Shown here one piece after another: positions 28,229 to 36,543 of a DNA stretch of 64,000 bases (positions are counted from its first letter, which is position 1; every line of letters begins with the position of its first letter). The translations under genes were made by a program, and so were the position numbers. Source of the DNA: an uncultured Chloroflexia bacterium (lineage in GTDB: Bacteria; Chloroflexota; Limnocylindria; Limnocylindrales; CSP1-4); contig CAWHHF010000018.1 in NCBI GenBank assembly GCA_963829105.1, forward strand, positions 41,374-105,373. The letters run 5' to 3'. The notes below the pieces were generated by a model. That model saw only the letters and a list, made by a program, of their open reading frames with translations, made no database searches and had not been told where the DNA came from.

Positions 28229-28668
28229 TGCTGGAACGGCCCGTGGTAGGCCGCGATCTTGGTGACGGAGCTGACGAGGGCTGCCGCCATGCCCCCCAGG
28301 AAGATCGCGTTGGCGATCCAGAACTGGTCCGCCATGGCCATCGCGAGGGCCAGGGCGACGACCGAGCCGGTGATGATCAGCCAGTTGCCGACCCGCTCAC
28401 CGTAATGGTCGATCTCCCGGTCGCGCTGGTCGTTCTTGTCGGCCTCGCGCGGGTTCGAGGCCGCGGCCACGACGTTGCCCAGGACGTTCGCCACGATGAA
28501 GCCAACGATCGCGAGGATCATCGGCTGGACCCAGGAGATCTCGGCGATCGGCTTGCCGAGCACCTGCGGCACGACGAGGGCCAGGTAGACGAGGAGCGTC
28601 GGCACCGCGACGACGAGCACGACCCAGTTGCTCTTCTCGAGGAATGTCACCCGCGTCTCCCATGTCAA
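28222..28668 (-). CDS. Small 4-TM membrane protein that partners short XRE regulators (DUF2178-like from memory, unverified)
   Basis: 148-aa ORF, four hydrophobic segments with an acidic/basic loop (PREADKNDQRDREIDHYGE). The start is TTG at 28668 or GTG at 28650. 7-nt overlap with the XRE gene. Confidence 0.65.
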   Translation of the reverse strand: MTWETRVTFLEKSNWVVLVVAVPTLLVYLALVVPQVLGKPIAEISWVQPMILAIVGFIVANVLGNVVAAASNPREADKNDQRDREIDHYGERVGNWLIITGSVVALALAMAMADQFWIANAIFLGGMAAALVSSVTKIAAYHGPFQQW

Positions 28669-28684
28669 GAATCGTTGACATGGG
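28659..28684. promoter_or_regulatory. Perfect inverted repeat CCCATGTCAA-N6-TTGACATGGG, candidate XRE operator O1
   Basis: Read directly. 10-bp arms and a 6-nt spacer, overlapping the 5' end of the membrane-XRE operon. Confidence 0.55.
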
Positions 28685-28707
28685 CAATGTAAAGGACAGC
28701 CGACACC

Positions 28708-28727
28708 TTGTCAACTATCTTTGACAT
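28708..28727. promoter_or_regulatory. Second copy of the same operator architecture, TTGTCAA-N6-TTGACAT (candidate O2)
   Basis: Same half-site and 6-nt spacer as O1, centre about 46 bp from the O1 centre, in a locally AT-rich patch. Confidence 0.45.
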
Positions 28728-28792
28728 CTTCGAACTAGGTGCCGAGCACCTTCGGGCCACCGACAGGGCACCGCCCGGCGGGCGGGCGCCGG

Positions 28793-29242
28793 TCAGCGCC
28801 AGTTCCCGGAGTGACCGACGCGATCGATCTCGATCTCGAAGATCTCGCGCGGTGTCCGGCGCTGGTACGCCTGGCCGACGTATTTCTGGGACATGCGGTC
28901 GATGAAGGCCAGGCCCTCGTCGGGCCGGATGTTGACGACGTGTCCGCTGATCGACAGCCATCGCCACTGGGTCCTGGTGCTCACGATGGAGATCCCGACC
29001 CGGGGATGCACCCGGAGCGCCCGGCCCTTCTTCGAACCCACGGGTGAGCTGGTGAGAAGGAGCGCGCCGTCGTAGTCGACCCACATCGGGAAGGGGACGA
29101 TCAGGCCGGCCTCGGTCGTGTACGAGACGTGGCCGAGGGCGGGCTCGGCGAACAGGTCGAGCATTTCGGCTGGGATGGAAGTGGCCACGTGTGTCTCGCG
29201 AATGCTGGTGTGCGTCGATGCCGACGATGGAACGAAGGCCAA
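28793..29242 (-). CDS. Pyridoxamine 5'-phosphate oxidase-like (PPOX class, probably F420/FMN-binding split-barrel) protein
   Basis: 149-aa ORF with ...LFAEPALGHVSYTTEAGLIVPFPMWVDYDGALLLTSSPVGSKKGRALRVHPRVGISIV.... The start is uncertain (the internal GTG or the ATG at 29164 are possible). Confidence 0.7.
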   Translation of the reverse strand: MAFVPSSASTHTSIRETHVATSIPAEMLDLFAEPALGHVSYTTEAGLIVPFPMWVDYDGALLLTSSPVGSKKGRALRVHPRVGISIVSTRTQWRWLSISGHVVNIRPDEGLAFIDRMSQKYVGQAYQRRTPREIFEIEIDRVGHSGNWR

Positions 29243-29309
29243 CGATAGACAGACTCGCGCAAGCCTGCTCGGGACGCCACCCGCTCAAGACGCGGATCGG
29301 AATCACGGG

Positions 29310-29337
29310 TTGCATTCCGCGCCGATATACGTATACT
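29310..29337 (+). promoter_or_regulatory. Sigma70-like promoter TTGCAT-16 nt-TATACT overlapped by the palindrome TATACGTATA (29326-29335)
   Basis: Read directly. An AT-rich island in a GC-rich genome, 44 nt upstream of the EXLDI gene start. Confidence 0.5.
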
Positions 29338-29380
29338 CCTGCGTATGGTTAGTCAGCCTGCCAGGAGTTACGATGCCGAC

Positions 29381-29899
29381 GTGCCGAACAAGACGATCTA
29401 CGTGTCCGATGCGGACCTGCCGCTCTACGGACGTGCCCAGGAGCTGGCCGGTGGCAACCTGTCCGCGGCGATCGCCAGCGCGCTGCGCCGGTACGTCGAC
29501 GTGGAGGAGGGACGACGGGAGGGTTTCGACGAATTCGTCGTCCGCGTCGGACCCGGTCGCGGCCGCAAGGTCCGGTTCACCGGGGTGTTCCTCGGGGAAT
29601 GGGTCAACACGAGCTACAGCCGCGTCGAGACCTTCCGGGTCTACCGCGGCCGGACTGGCAAGTTCGTCCTCCACGTCGAACGGAGTCCCGACTACTCGAT
29701 GGTCGACGCGGAGGGCAAGCCGGCCGGATGGCGAGGCTACCTCGGCATCGGGAACATCAGCTACGGGACCACGCCCGCCGAGTCGACGCTCGAGGTCGTC
29801 GAGTCGCTCGACGAGCTCCGAGAGCGGATCCCGCCCCAGCTCTACGACAGCGTGGCCACCTCCGCGCGACAGCCGGCCGTCGAGGACCTCGACATCTGA
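29381..29899 (+). CDS. EXLDI-family protein (C-terminal E-x-L-D-I motif) with ribbon-helix-helix-like N-terminus
   Basis: GTG 29381 gives VPNKTIYVSDADLPLYGRAQELAGGNLSAAIASALRRYVDVEEG... ending ...QPAVEDLDI. This matches the TIGRFAMs EXLDI family as I recall it (accession unverified). Confidence 0.8.
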   Translation: MPNKTIYVSDADLPLYGRAQELAGGNLSAAIASALRRYVDVEEGRREGFDEFVVRVGPGRGRKVRFTGVFLGEWVNTSYSRVETFRVYRGRTGKFVLHVERSPDYSMVDAEGKPAGWRGYLGIGNISYGTTPAESTLEVVESLDELRERIPPQLYDSVATSARQPAVEDLDI

Positions 29900-29935
29900 C
29901 CCTCATCGCCACGCGGCCCGCCCAAGGAGTGCCGC

Positions 29936-30718
29936 ATGACAACGACCGAATTCCGGGGGCCCGCGATCCAGGTGCTGGGCCTGGAGAAGTCCTACAAGCA
30001 GCTGCACGTGCTGCGCGGCGTGGACTTCGAGGTGGCGCGCGGAAGCATCTTCGCGCTGCTCGGCTCCAACGGCGCCGGCAAGACCACGATCGTGCGCATC
30101 CTCAGCACCCTGCTCAGGCCGGACGGCGGGACGGCGCGCGTCGACGGGTTCGACGTCCTGACGGAGCCGGCGCGGGTGCGGGAGTCGATCAGCCTGACGG
30201 GTCAGTTCGCCGCAGTCGACGAGATCCTCACCGGCCGGGAGAACCTGATCATGATCGCCGAACTGCGGCACGTGAAGGGCGTGGGCAGGGTGGCAGACGA
30301 CCTGCTCGAACGTTTCGGCCTCGCCGACGCGGCCGGGCGCCGGGTGTCGACCTACTCAGGCGGCATGCGCCGTCGCCTCGACATCGCCATGAGCCTCATC
30401 GGCAACCCGCGGGTCATCTTCCTCGACGAGCCGACCAACGGCCTCGACCCGGAGGGCCGAATCGAGGTGTGGCAGGTGATCCAGAACCTCGCCGACAGCG
30501 GCACGACCGTGCTCCTGACGACCCAGTACCTCGACGAGGCCGAGAAGCTGGCCGACCGGATCGCGATCCTGCACGACGGCACGATCGTCGTGTCCGGCAC
30601 GTTGGAGGAGCTGAGGAAGCTGCTCCCGCCCGCGAAAGTCGAATACGTGGAACGGCAGCCGACCCTGGAGGAGATCTTCCTGGCGATCGTCGGGAGCGAC
30701 AAGAAGGTGCAGCGGTGA
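29936..30718 (+). CDS. ABC-2 type (DrrA-like) transporter ATP-binding protein
   Basis: 260-aa ORF with GSNGAGKTT, YSGGMRRRLDIAMSL, IFLDEPTNGLDP. Confidence 0.9.
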   Translation: MTTTEFRGPAIQVLGLEKSYKQLHVLRGVDFEVARGSIFALLGSNGAGKTTIVRILSTLLRPDGGTARVDGFDVLTEPARVRESISLTGQFAAVDEILTGRENLIMIAELRHVKGVGRVADDLLERFGLADAAGRRVSTYSGGMRRRLDIAMSLIGNPRVIFLDEPTNGLDPEGRIEVWQVIQNLADSGTTVLLTTQYLDEAEKLADRIAILHDGTIVVSGTLEELRKLLPPAKVEYVERQPTLEEIFLAIVGSDKKVQR

Positions 30719-31476
30719 ACGACCACTACTTCAGCGACACGAGGGTGATGCTCGTGCGTTCCATGCGCCACGTCACCCGCAGCATGGACACCATCATCAC
30801 GGTGACGATCATGCCGATCGCCTTCATGCTGCTGTTCGTCTACGTGTTCGGGGGCGCCATCCAGGCGGGCACCGACAACTACGTGAACTACCTGCTGCCC
30901 GGCATCCTGCTCATCGCCATCGCCAGCGGCATCTCCTATACCGCCTTCCACCTGTTCAACGACATGCAGAGCGGCATCTTCGAGAGGTTCCACTCGATGC
31001 CGATCGCCCGGTCGTCGGTGCTGTGGGGGCACGTCCTGACCTCGCTGGTGTCCAACGCGATCTCCGTGGTCGTCATCATCCTGGTGGCACTCCTGATGGG
31101 CTTCCGTTCGTCGGCAGGCGTGGAGGCATGGCTCGCCGTGGCCGGGATCCTCGTCCTGTTCACGCTCGCGCTGACCTGGCTTGCCGTGATCGTCGGCTTG
31201 TCGGCGAGCTCCACAGACGGGGCGGCCGCTTTCTCGTACCCGATCATCTTCCTGGCGTTCATCAGCTCGGCATTCGTGCCCACCGCCTCGATGCCGGGGC
31301 CCGTGCGCGTCTTCGCGGAGAACCAGCCGGTCACCTCGATCGTCAACTCGATCAGAGCCCTGTTCGAGCAGCAGCCGGTCGGAGGCGAAATCTGGATCGC
31401 CCTCGCCTGGTGCGTCGGCATCCTCGTCATCGCCTACGCGCTCGCCATGGTGGCCTACCGGCGCAAGATCGCCTGA
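30715..31476 (+). CDS. ABC-2 type transporter permease
   Basis: GTG 30715 overlaps the upstream stop (GTGA). A six-TM protein with ...FERFHSMPIARSSVLWGHVL..., a typical ABC-2 permease. Confidence 0.9.
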   Translation: MNDHYFSDTRVMLVRSMRHVTRSMDTIITVTIMPIAFMLLFVYVFGGAIQAGTDNYVNYLLPGILLIAIASGISYTAFHLFNDMQSGIFERFHSMPIARSSVLWGHVLTSLVSNAISVVVIILVALLMGFRSSAGVEAWLAVAGILVLFTLALTWLAVIVGLSASSTDGAAAFSYPIIFLAFISSAFVPTASMPGPVRVFAENQPVTSIVNSIRALFEQQPVGGEIWIALAWCVGILVIAYALAMVAYRRKIA

Positions 31477-31825
31477 AATGGCCAGGGGCGGGAGTCGCCC
31501 GTGACAGGTGGGGCCACCGTGTCCTCCGAGCGGTACCCCGGATCATGGCCGTCTCGGCCGAACACGAGGCCCAGCTGACGAGGGTGCTCGATCCGGCGCA
31601 GCGGGAGGTGCTGATGGGCCTGCTGCTGGATGTCGCCGGGGGCCAGGGGAGCACCCGTCCGGGCCATGGGCCGCTGGGCGCGGCGCGGCACGCCGGTCGA
31701 TGGCCGGGAGCGCGCGGCGCCTGGCCCGGCTCGCGTGCCCGATACTGGACGGCGCCGCGTCACCGCGACGGACCGTCGGAGTTGCTTGATCGCCTGACCC
31801 TCGCGCCCGGCCAGCGAAAGGACCC

Positions 31826-33271
31826 ATGCGCCATCTCGGCATCGACCTCGGCACGGCTTCGGTGAAGCTGATGGTCCTCGGCGAGGACGGCGGCGAGATG
31901 TCGGTGTCCCGCCCCTATCCGGTCGCCGCCCCGTCGCCCGGCCGCGCCGAGACGGCCCCGCGCCTCTGGCTGGACGCGATCCGCGACGCGGCCCGCGAGG
32001 TGCCGGACCCCGGCTCGATCGCATCGATCGGGTTCTCCGGCCAGATGCACGGCGTCGTGCCGTGGAAACGCGGCGCGGGGGCGATCCATCCCGCGATCCT
32101 GTGGCCGGACCAGCGCGGTGGGTCGATGATCCCCGCGCTCGCGCGCCTGCCGCCAGAGATGGCCGCTCGCGTCCGCAACCCGTGGGCGAGCGGCATGGCC
32201 GCGACGACGATCCCCTGGCTGCGCGAGCACGAGCCGGAGCTGTACGCGGCGGCGGACTGCTTCCTGCTGCCGAAGGACCACGTCCGCTGGGCCCTGACCG
32301 GCAACCTGGCCACGGACCATTCGGACGCGAGCGGCACGCTCCTCTACGACTTCGAGGCGGCGGGCTGGTTCGGTGACCTGTTCGCGCGGCTCGGCCTCGA
32401 CGAGGCGAAGATGCCGCCCATCCTGCCCAGCGACGACCAGGCCGGGCCGGTGACGGCCGACGGGGCGAGGCGCTGCGGCCTCCCCGTGGGCGTCCCGGTC
32501 GCCGTCGGCGCGGGCGACACGGCGGCCGCGATCCTCGGCTCGGGGCTCGTCGACGAGCGCGTCGTCCAGATCAGCATCGGCACTGCCTGCCAGGTCGTGC
32601 GCATCGGCCGGGACCTGCCGGCCTTCGACCCGGCGCTGAACCTGTTCGCCGGCGCGGACGAGGGCACGTGGTACCGGATGGCGGCGATGCTGAACGGCGG
32701 GCTCGCGCTGGAGTGGCTGCGCGGGATCCTCGGCCTCACCTGGGACGACGTCTACGCGGAGGTCGGCGCGATGGAGCCGCCGCTGGACCTCCAGTTCCTG
32801 CCCTACCTCGCGGGCGAACGGACGCCCTGGATGGACCCCGAGGCGCGCGGTGCCCTGTCCGGGCTCGGCCTTCATCACGGGCGCCTCGATCTCGTGCACG
32901 CCGGGCTGCTGGGCGTCGCGTGCAGCGTCCGGCTCGGCCTCGAGACGCTCGGCACCGCGGGCGTCGAGCGCTACCGGCTCGTCGGGGGGAGTGTCCGGTA
33001 CCCGTACTGGAACCAGCTGCTGGCGACCGTCCTCGGGGTGCCGCTCGAGGTCTCCGTCGCCACCGATGCCTCGGCACGCGGCGCGGCGATCCTGGGCGCC
33101 CGGGCCATCGGGGTGGAGATCGCCGCGCCCCACGACGACGTCGCCGTGCAGCCCCGGGAGATGCCCGGGATCGACGAGTACTTCGCCCGGTTCACCGAGA
33201 CGTACCGGGCGCTGCGCGCCACCCGCGGCGTCGACCCGCAGCCGGCGCCCGAAGCGGCGACGGCGCGGTGA
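31826..33271 (+). CDS. FGGY-family carbohydrate kinase (xylulokinase-like)
   Basis: 481-aa ORF with MRHLGIDLGTASVKLMVL...IGFSGQMHGVVPW...VGAGDTAAAILG...YLAGERTPW.... Confidence 0.9.
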   Translation: MRHLGIDLGTASVKLMVLGEDGGEMSVSRPYPVAAPSPGRAETAPRLWLDAIRDAAREVPDPGSIASIGFSGQMHGVVPWKRGAGAIHPAILWPDQRGGSMIPALARLPPEMAARVRNPWASGMAATTIPWLREHEPELYAAADCFLLPKDHVRWALTGNLATDHSDASGTLLYDFEAAGWFGDLFARLGLDEAKMPPILPSDDQAGPVTADGARRCGLPVGVPVAVGAGDTAAAILGSGLVDERVVQISIGTACQVVRIGRDLPAFDPALNLFAGADEGTWYRMAAMLNGGLALEWLRGILGLTWDDVYAEVGAMEPPLDLQFLPYLAGERTPWMDPEARGALSGLGLHHGRLDLVHAGLLGVACSVRLGLETLGTAGVERYRLVGGSVRYPYWNQLLATVLGVPLEVSVATDASARGAAILGARAIGVEIAAPHDDVAVQPREMPGIDEYFARFTETYRALRATRGVDPQPAPEAATAR

Positions 33272-34131
33272 GGATCTTCGCCCGCGGCTGGAGCAACGGC
33301 TTCGACGGCCCGGGCCGCCGCCTCGTCTACTACCTCAAGGGCTGCAACATGCGCTGCCACTGGTGTGGCAACCCCGAGAGCATCGCCGCGGCACCCGAGA
33401 TGCTGTTCTACCCGGAGAAGAGCGCCTTCGCGGGCGACAGCTGCCCGCACGGTGCCGTCCGGGACGGGCTCCTGGACCGCCGCGCCTGCGGCCGCTGCCC
33501 GGACCACGCCTGCGTCGAGCGCTGGCGCGACCCTGCCTTCGAGCGGGTCGGCGAGGGGATCACCCTCGCTGAGCTGCTCGACCAGGTGGAGGAGCGACGG
33601 TCCTTCTTCGGCAGGGATGGTGGCGGCGGCGTGACCTTCTCCGGCGGCGAGCCGACGCTCCAGATGGACGCCCTCCTGGCGGCCACCGACGTGCTGCGCG
33701 AGCGCGGCATCCACGTCGTCATCGAGACCAACGCCTCCTCGCCGCGGTTCCACGAGCTGGACGGGCGGTGCGACATGCTCATCTGCGACCTGAAGGCCGT
33801 CAGCCGGGACCTTCACGCCCGCATGACCGGGGCCGGCAACCGGGTCATCCTCGCCAACCTTGCGTCCGGCATCACGATGACGGTGCGGGTGCCGCTCATC
33901 CGCGAGCTGAACTTCGTGCCCGAGGAGCGTGAGAAGATCCACCGGTTCCTGGTGGAGATTCGACCGGAGCGGGTCGGGCTGCTGCTGCTGCACCGCCTGG
34001 GGCGGCCCAAGTACCAGGCGCTCGGCATGACCTGGACGGCGGAGGACCTGACGCCGCCCGATCGAGACGACGTGGAGGCATTCCGGCAGGCGCTGGAGCG
34101 CGACGGCCTCGCGGCCGAGATCCTGAACTAG
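33268..34131 (+). CDS. Glycyl-radical enzyme activating protein (radical SAM)
   Basis: GTG 33268 overlaps the kinase stop (GTGA). Radical-SAM CxxxCxxC motif is present (KGCNMRCHWCGNPE), then VTFSGGEPTLQ. The auxiliary-cluster region has only a partial Cys set (SCPHG...ACGRCPDHAC). Confidence 0.9.
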   Translation: MRIFARGWSNGFDGPGRRLVYYLKGCNMRCHWCGNPESIAAAPEMLFYPEKSAFAGDSCPHGAVRDGLLDRRACGRCPDHACVERWRDPAFERVGEGITLAELLDQVEERRSFFGRDGGGGVTFSGGEPTLQMDALLAATDVLRERGIHVVIETNASSPRFHELDGRCDMLICDLKAVSRDLHARMTGAGNRVILANLASGITMTVRVPLIRELNFVPEEREKIHRFLVEIRPERVGLLLLHRLGRPKYQALGMTWTAEDLTPPDRDDVEAFRQALERDGLAAEILN

Positions 34132-34145
34132 GAGGCGCACGCATC

Positions 34146-36516
34146 GTGGACGACTGGATCGCATGCCTGGCGAGCGGCGTGGAGACGCTCCGCGGCGTCA
34201 AGCGGCATCAGACGGTCAACAACGCGTGGTTCTTCGTCCAGGAGGTGCGCATGCGCGAACGGGAGGACATGCGGCTCGCCGGGCTCGACACCGATTCGGC
34301 CCTCGGGCGGGCCGAGCTCCTGTGTCGGACTGTCGAGCGGATGCCGCTCGCGATCCCGGCCGGGAGCGCCCTCGCCGGTTCGCAGGACGGTGCGTTCTCG
34401 CCCTCCTACGCGCTCATCAACCCGAGCTTCAAGGTCGAGGAGTTCGCGGGCTACTGCGATCCCTGCGCCGCCTACGACGACATCGATCCGGAAGAGAGCG
34501 TGACACCCGAACGCGTGGCGACGGTGCGGGCGTACTGGGAAGGTGCCGGCTACGTCCGCGACCTGCGCGCCATCTACGAGCGCTACGGGCGCTACACCTC
34601 CGAGGTCGCCTTCTTCATGGAGCCGGTCACCGGCCACGTGATCCCCGACCTGCGCCCGTACCTGGCGCACGGCGTGATCGCGATCCAGGAACGGGCGCTC
34701 GCCTCCGGCACCGACTACGGCCGCGCGATGGCGCGATCCCTCGACGCCGTCCTGATCCTCGCGCGGCGCTATCGTGCCCTGGCGCTCGCGATGGCCGAGG
34801 CCGCCGGGCCCGGCCCGACCGCCGACCCGGCCGCGAAGGCCCGGCTCGAGACGATCGCCGCCCTGCTCGACGAGGTCCCGGCGCGGGGCGCCCGCGACCT
34901 GCACGCCGCGGCACAGGCGTTCGTGCTGCTGTGGCAGGCAATGGCGATCGAGCAGGCCCCGAACCCGTACGCGCTCTCGGTCGGCAACGTCGACCGCCTG
35001 TTCGCGCCCTATCGTGGGGAGTGCGACTTCGAGGAGGCCGTCGCGATCATCCGCCACCTGCTGTGCTTCTTCCAGGTCGGCGACCGCTGCTGGGCGATCT
35101 CGCAGAACCTCATGGTCGGGGGTCGCGACGTGGGCGGCAGCGACCTGGGCAACCCAATGACCGGCGTGGTCCTGGAGGCCTTCTTCCGGAGCAACGACCC
35201 CCAGCCGTCGCTCTCCGTGAAGGTGCACGCGGACACGCCCGAGGCGCTCTACCTGGACCTCGGCCGGTTCTTCTTCGCCCCCGGCCACCTGACCCCGTCG
35301 CTGTTCAACGACGACGCCCTGCTGCCGCTGCTCGGCGCGCAGGGGATCCGGGCCGCGGACCAGCCCGACTACGGGATCGCGGGCTGCCAGGAGCCCTCGA
35401 TCATGGGCAAGTCCTCGCTCAACACGACGAACACGTGGCTCAACCTCGCCAAGGTGCTCGAGATCGCGCTCAACGACGGCCGGTCGACCATCTCGGGCGC
35501 GCAGATCGGGCCGACCTGGGCCGAGCTCGGGTTCGCGGACGCCGCCGACGCGTACGCCCACGCCGAAGCCGCGTTCCTCGGCACGCTCGATGCGCTGCTG
35601 CCCGAGATGGCCGCGGCCGGCAGCGCCTGCACGACGCTGCTCGGGCGCGCGATGCCCGTGCCGTTCACGTCGTCGCTGATGGACAGCCTCACCACCTTCC
35701 GCGACGTTCGCGACCCGGAGGCGCCGGGCGCCACGTACACCGGCAGCGGCTGCCTCATCCACGGTCTCGCCGTCGTCGCCGACTCGCTCACGGCGCTCGA
35801 CGCGGCGTTGCGCATCTGGCCGGCCTCGGAGATCCGGGCGGGCCTCGCCTCGGACTTCCGGGAGGCGCCGCGGCTCCGGGCGTTCCTGGTCGCGCAGCCG
35901 AAATGGGGCAACAACCACCATGAGGCCGACGCGACCGCGATCCGGATCGCCACGGCCGTCTCCGAGCGGGTGAACGCGCTCCGGGACACCTCCGGAGCCG
36001 CGTTCCTCGCCGACTGGTCGACACCGAGCACGCACCTGCTCTATGGCTACTGGGTGGGGGCGACGCCCGACGGCCGCGCCGCGCGGACGTCGCTGAGCTA
36101 CGGGATCGACCCCCGGCCGGAGACATCTCGCAGCGAGCTGCCGGAGCGGTTCCTCTCCTTCCGCAAGCTGCCGTTCGGCCTGATGGCGGGCGGCTACGCC
36201 TCCCACGTCGGGATCTGCCCGGTCGACGCCGAGTTCCGGAGGCCGATCGACGGGAAGGCGCGCTGGATGCGCGACCGCGTCATCGCGCCGCTGTTCCGGT
36301 TCGGCGAAGGGGTGCCGGGATGCCCCCTACTACGTCTACTTCAACATCGACACGGTCGACAACCTTCGGGCGGTCCTGCGGAATCCGAAGGAGCTGGCGC
36401 CGAGCGGCGTCTACATCATGCGGATCCACGGCACGTTCGTGAACTTCCTGGACCTATCGCCGGCGATCCAGGAGGACATCATCGCGCGCCTCGAAGCGGG
36501 CGGGTTCGCGGCATAA
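34146..36516 (+). pseudogene. Glycyl radical enzyme (PFL2/glycerol-dehydratase-like family), frame-disrupted as assembled at a C5 run (36323-36327). The glycyl-radical domain lies in the +1 frame.
   Basis: Body motifs: GIAGCQEPSIMGK (Cys loop) and WVGATPDGRAA. After ...RFGEGVPG the listed frame turns to Arg/Pro nonsense. Own translation of the +1 frame from 36328 gives YYVYFNIDTVDNLRAVLRNPKELAPSGVYIMRIHGTFVNFLDLSPAIQEDIIARLEAGGFAA, stop TAA 36514-36516. Confidence 0.85.
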
Positions 36517-36543
36517 GCACCAGCCGCTTCGGGCTGCTCCCGA

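Noticed and set aside
31545-31650. MarR-like C-terminal fragment (…SAEHEAQLTRVLDPAQREVLMGLLLDVAG…) between the ABC-2 permease and the FGGY kinase
   Set aside because: Only about 35 residues look protein-like, there is no wHTH part, and the rest of the ORF is nonsense that overlaps the kinase start. It is at best a gene relic and too weak to annotate.
34128-36206. 692-aa minus-strand ORF and 586-aa alternative plus-frame ORF over the GRE gene
   Set aside because: The GRE frame carries unmistakable family motifs. The others are Arg/Pro/Gly-rich frame shadows.
36323-36327. Programmed +1 ribosomal frameshifting in the GRE gene
   Set aside because: There is no slippery-site or stimulatory structure that I can recognise. 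Five other genes in the window show similar single-base breaks, which makes an assembly indel far more likely.
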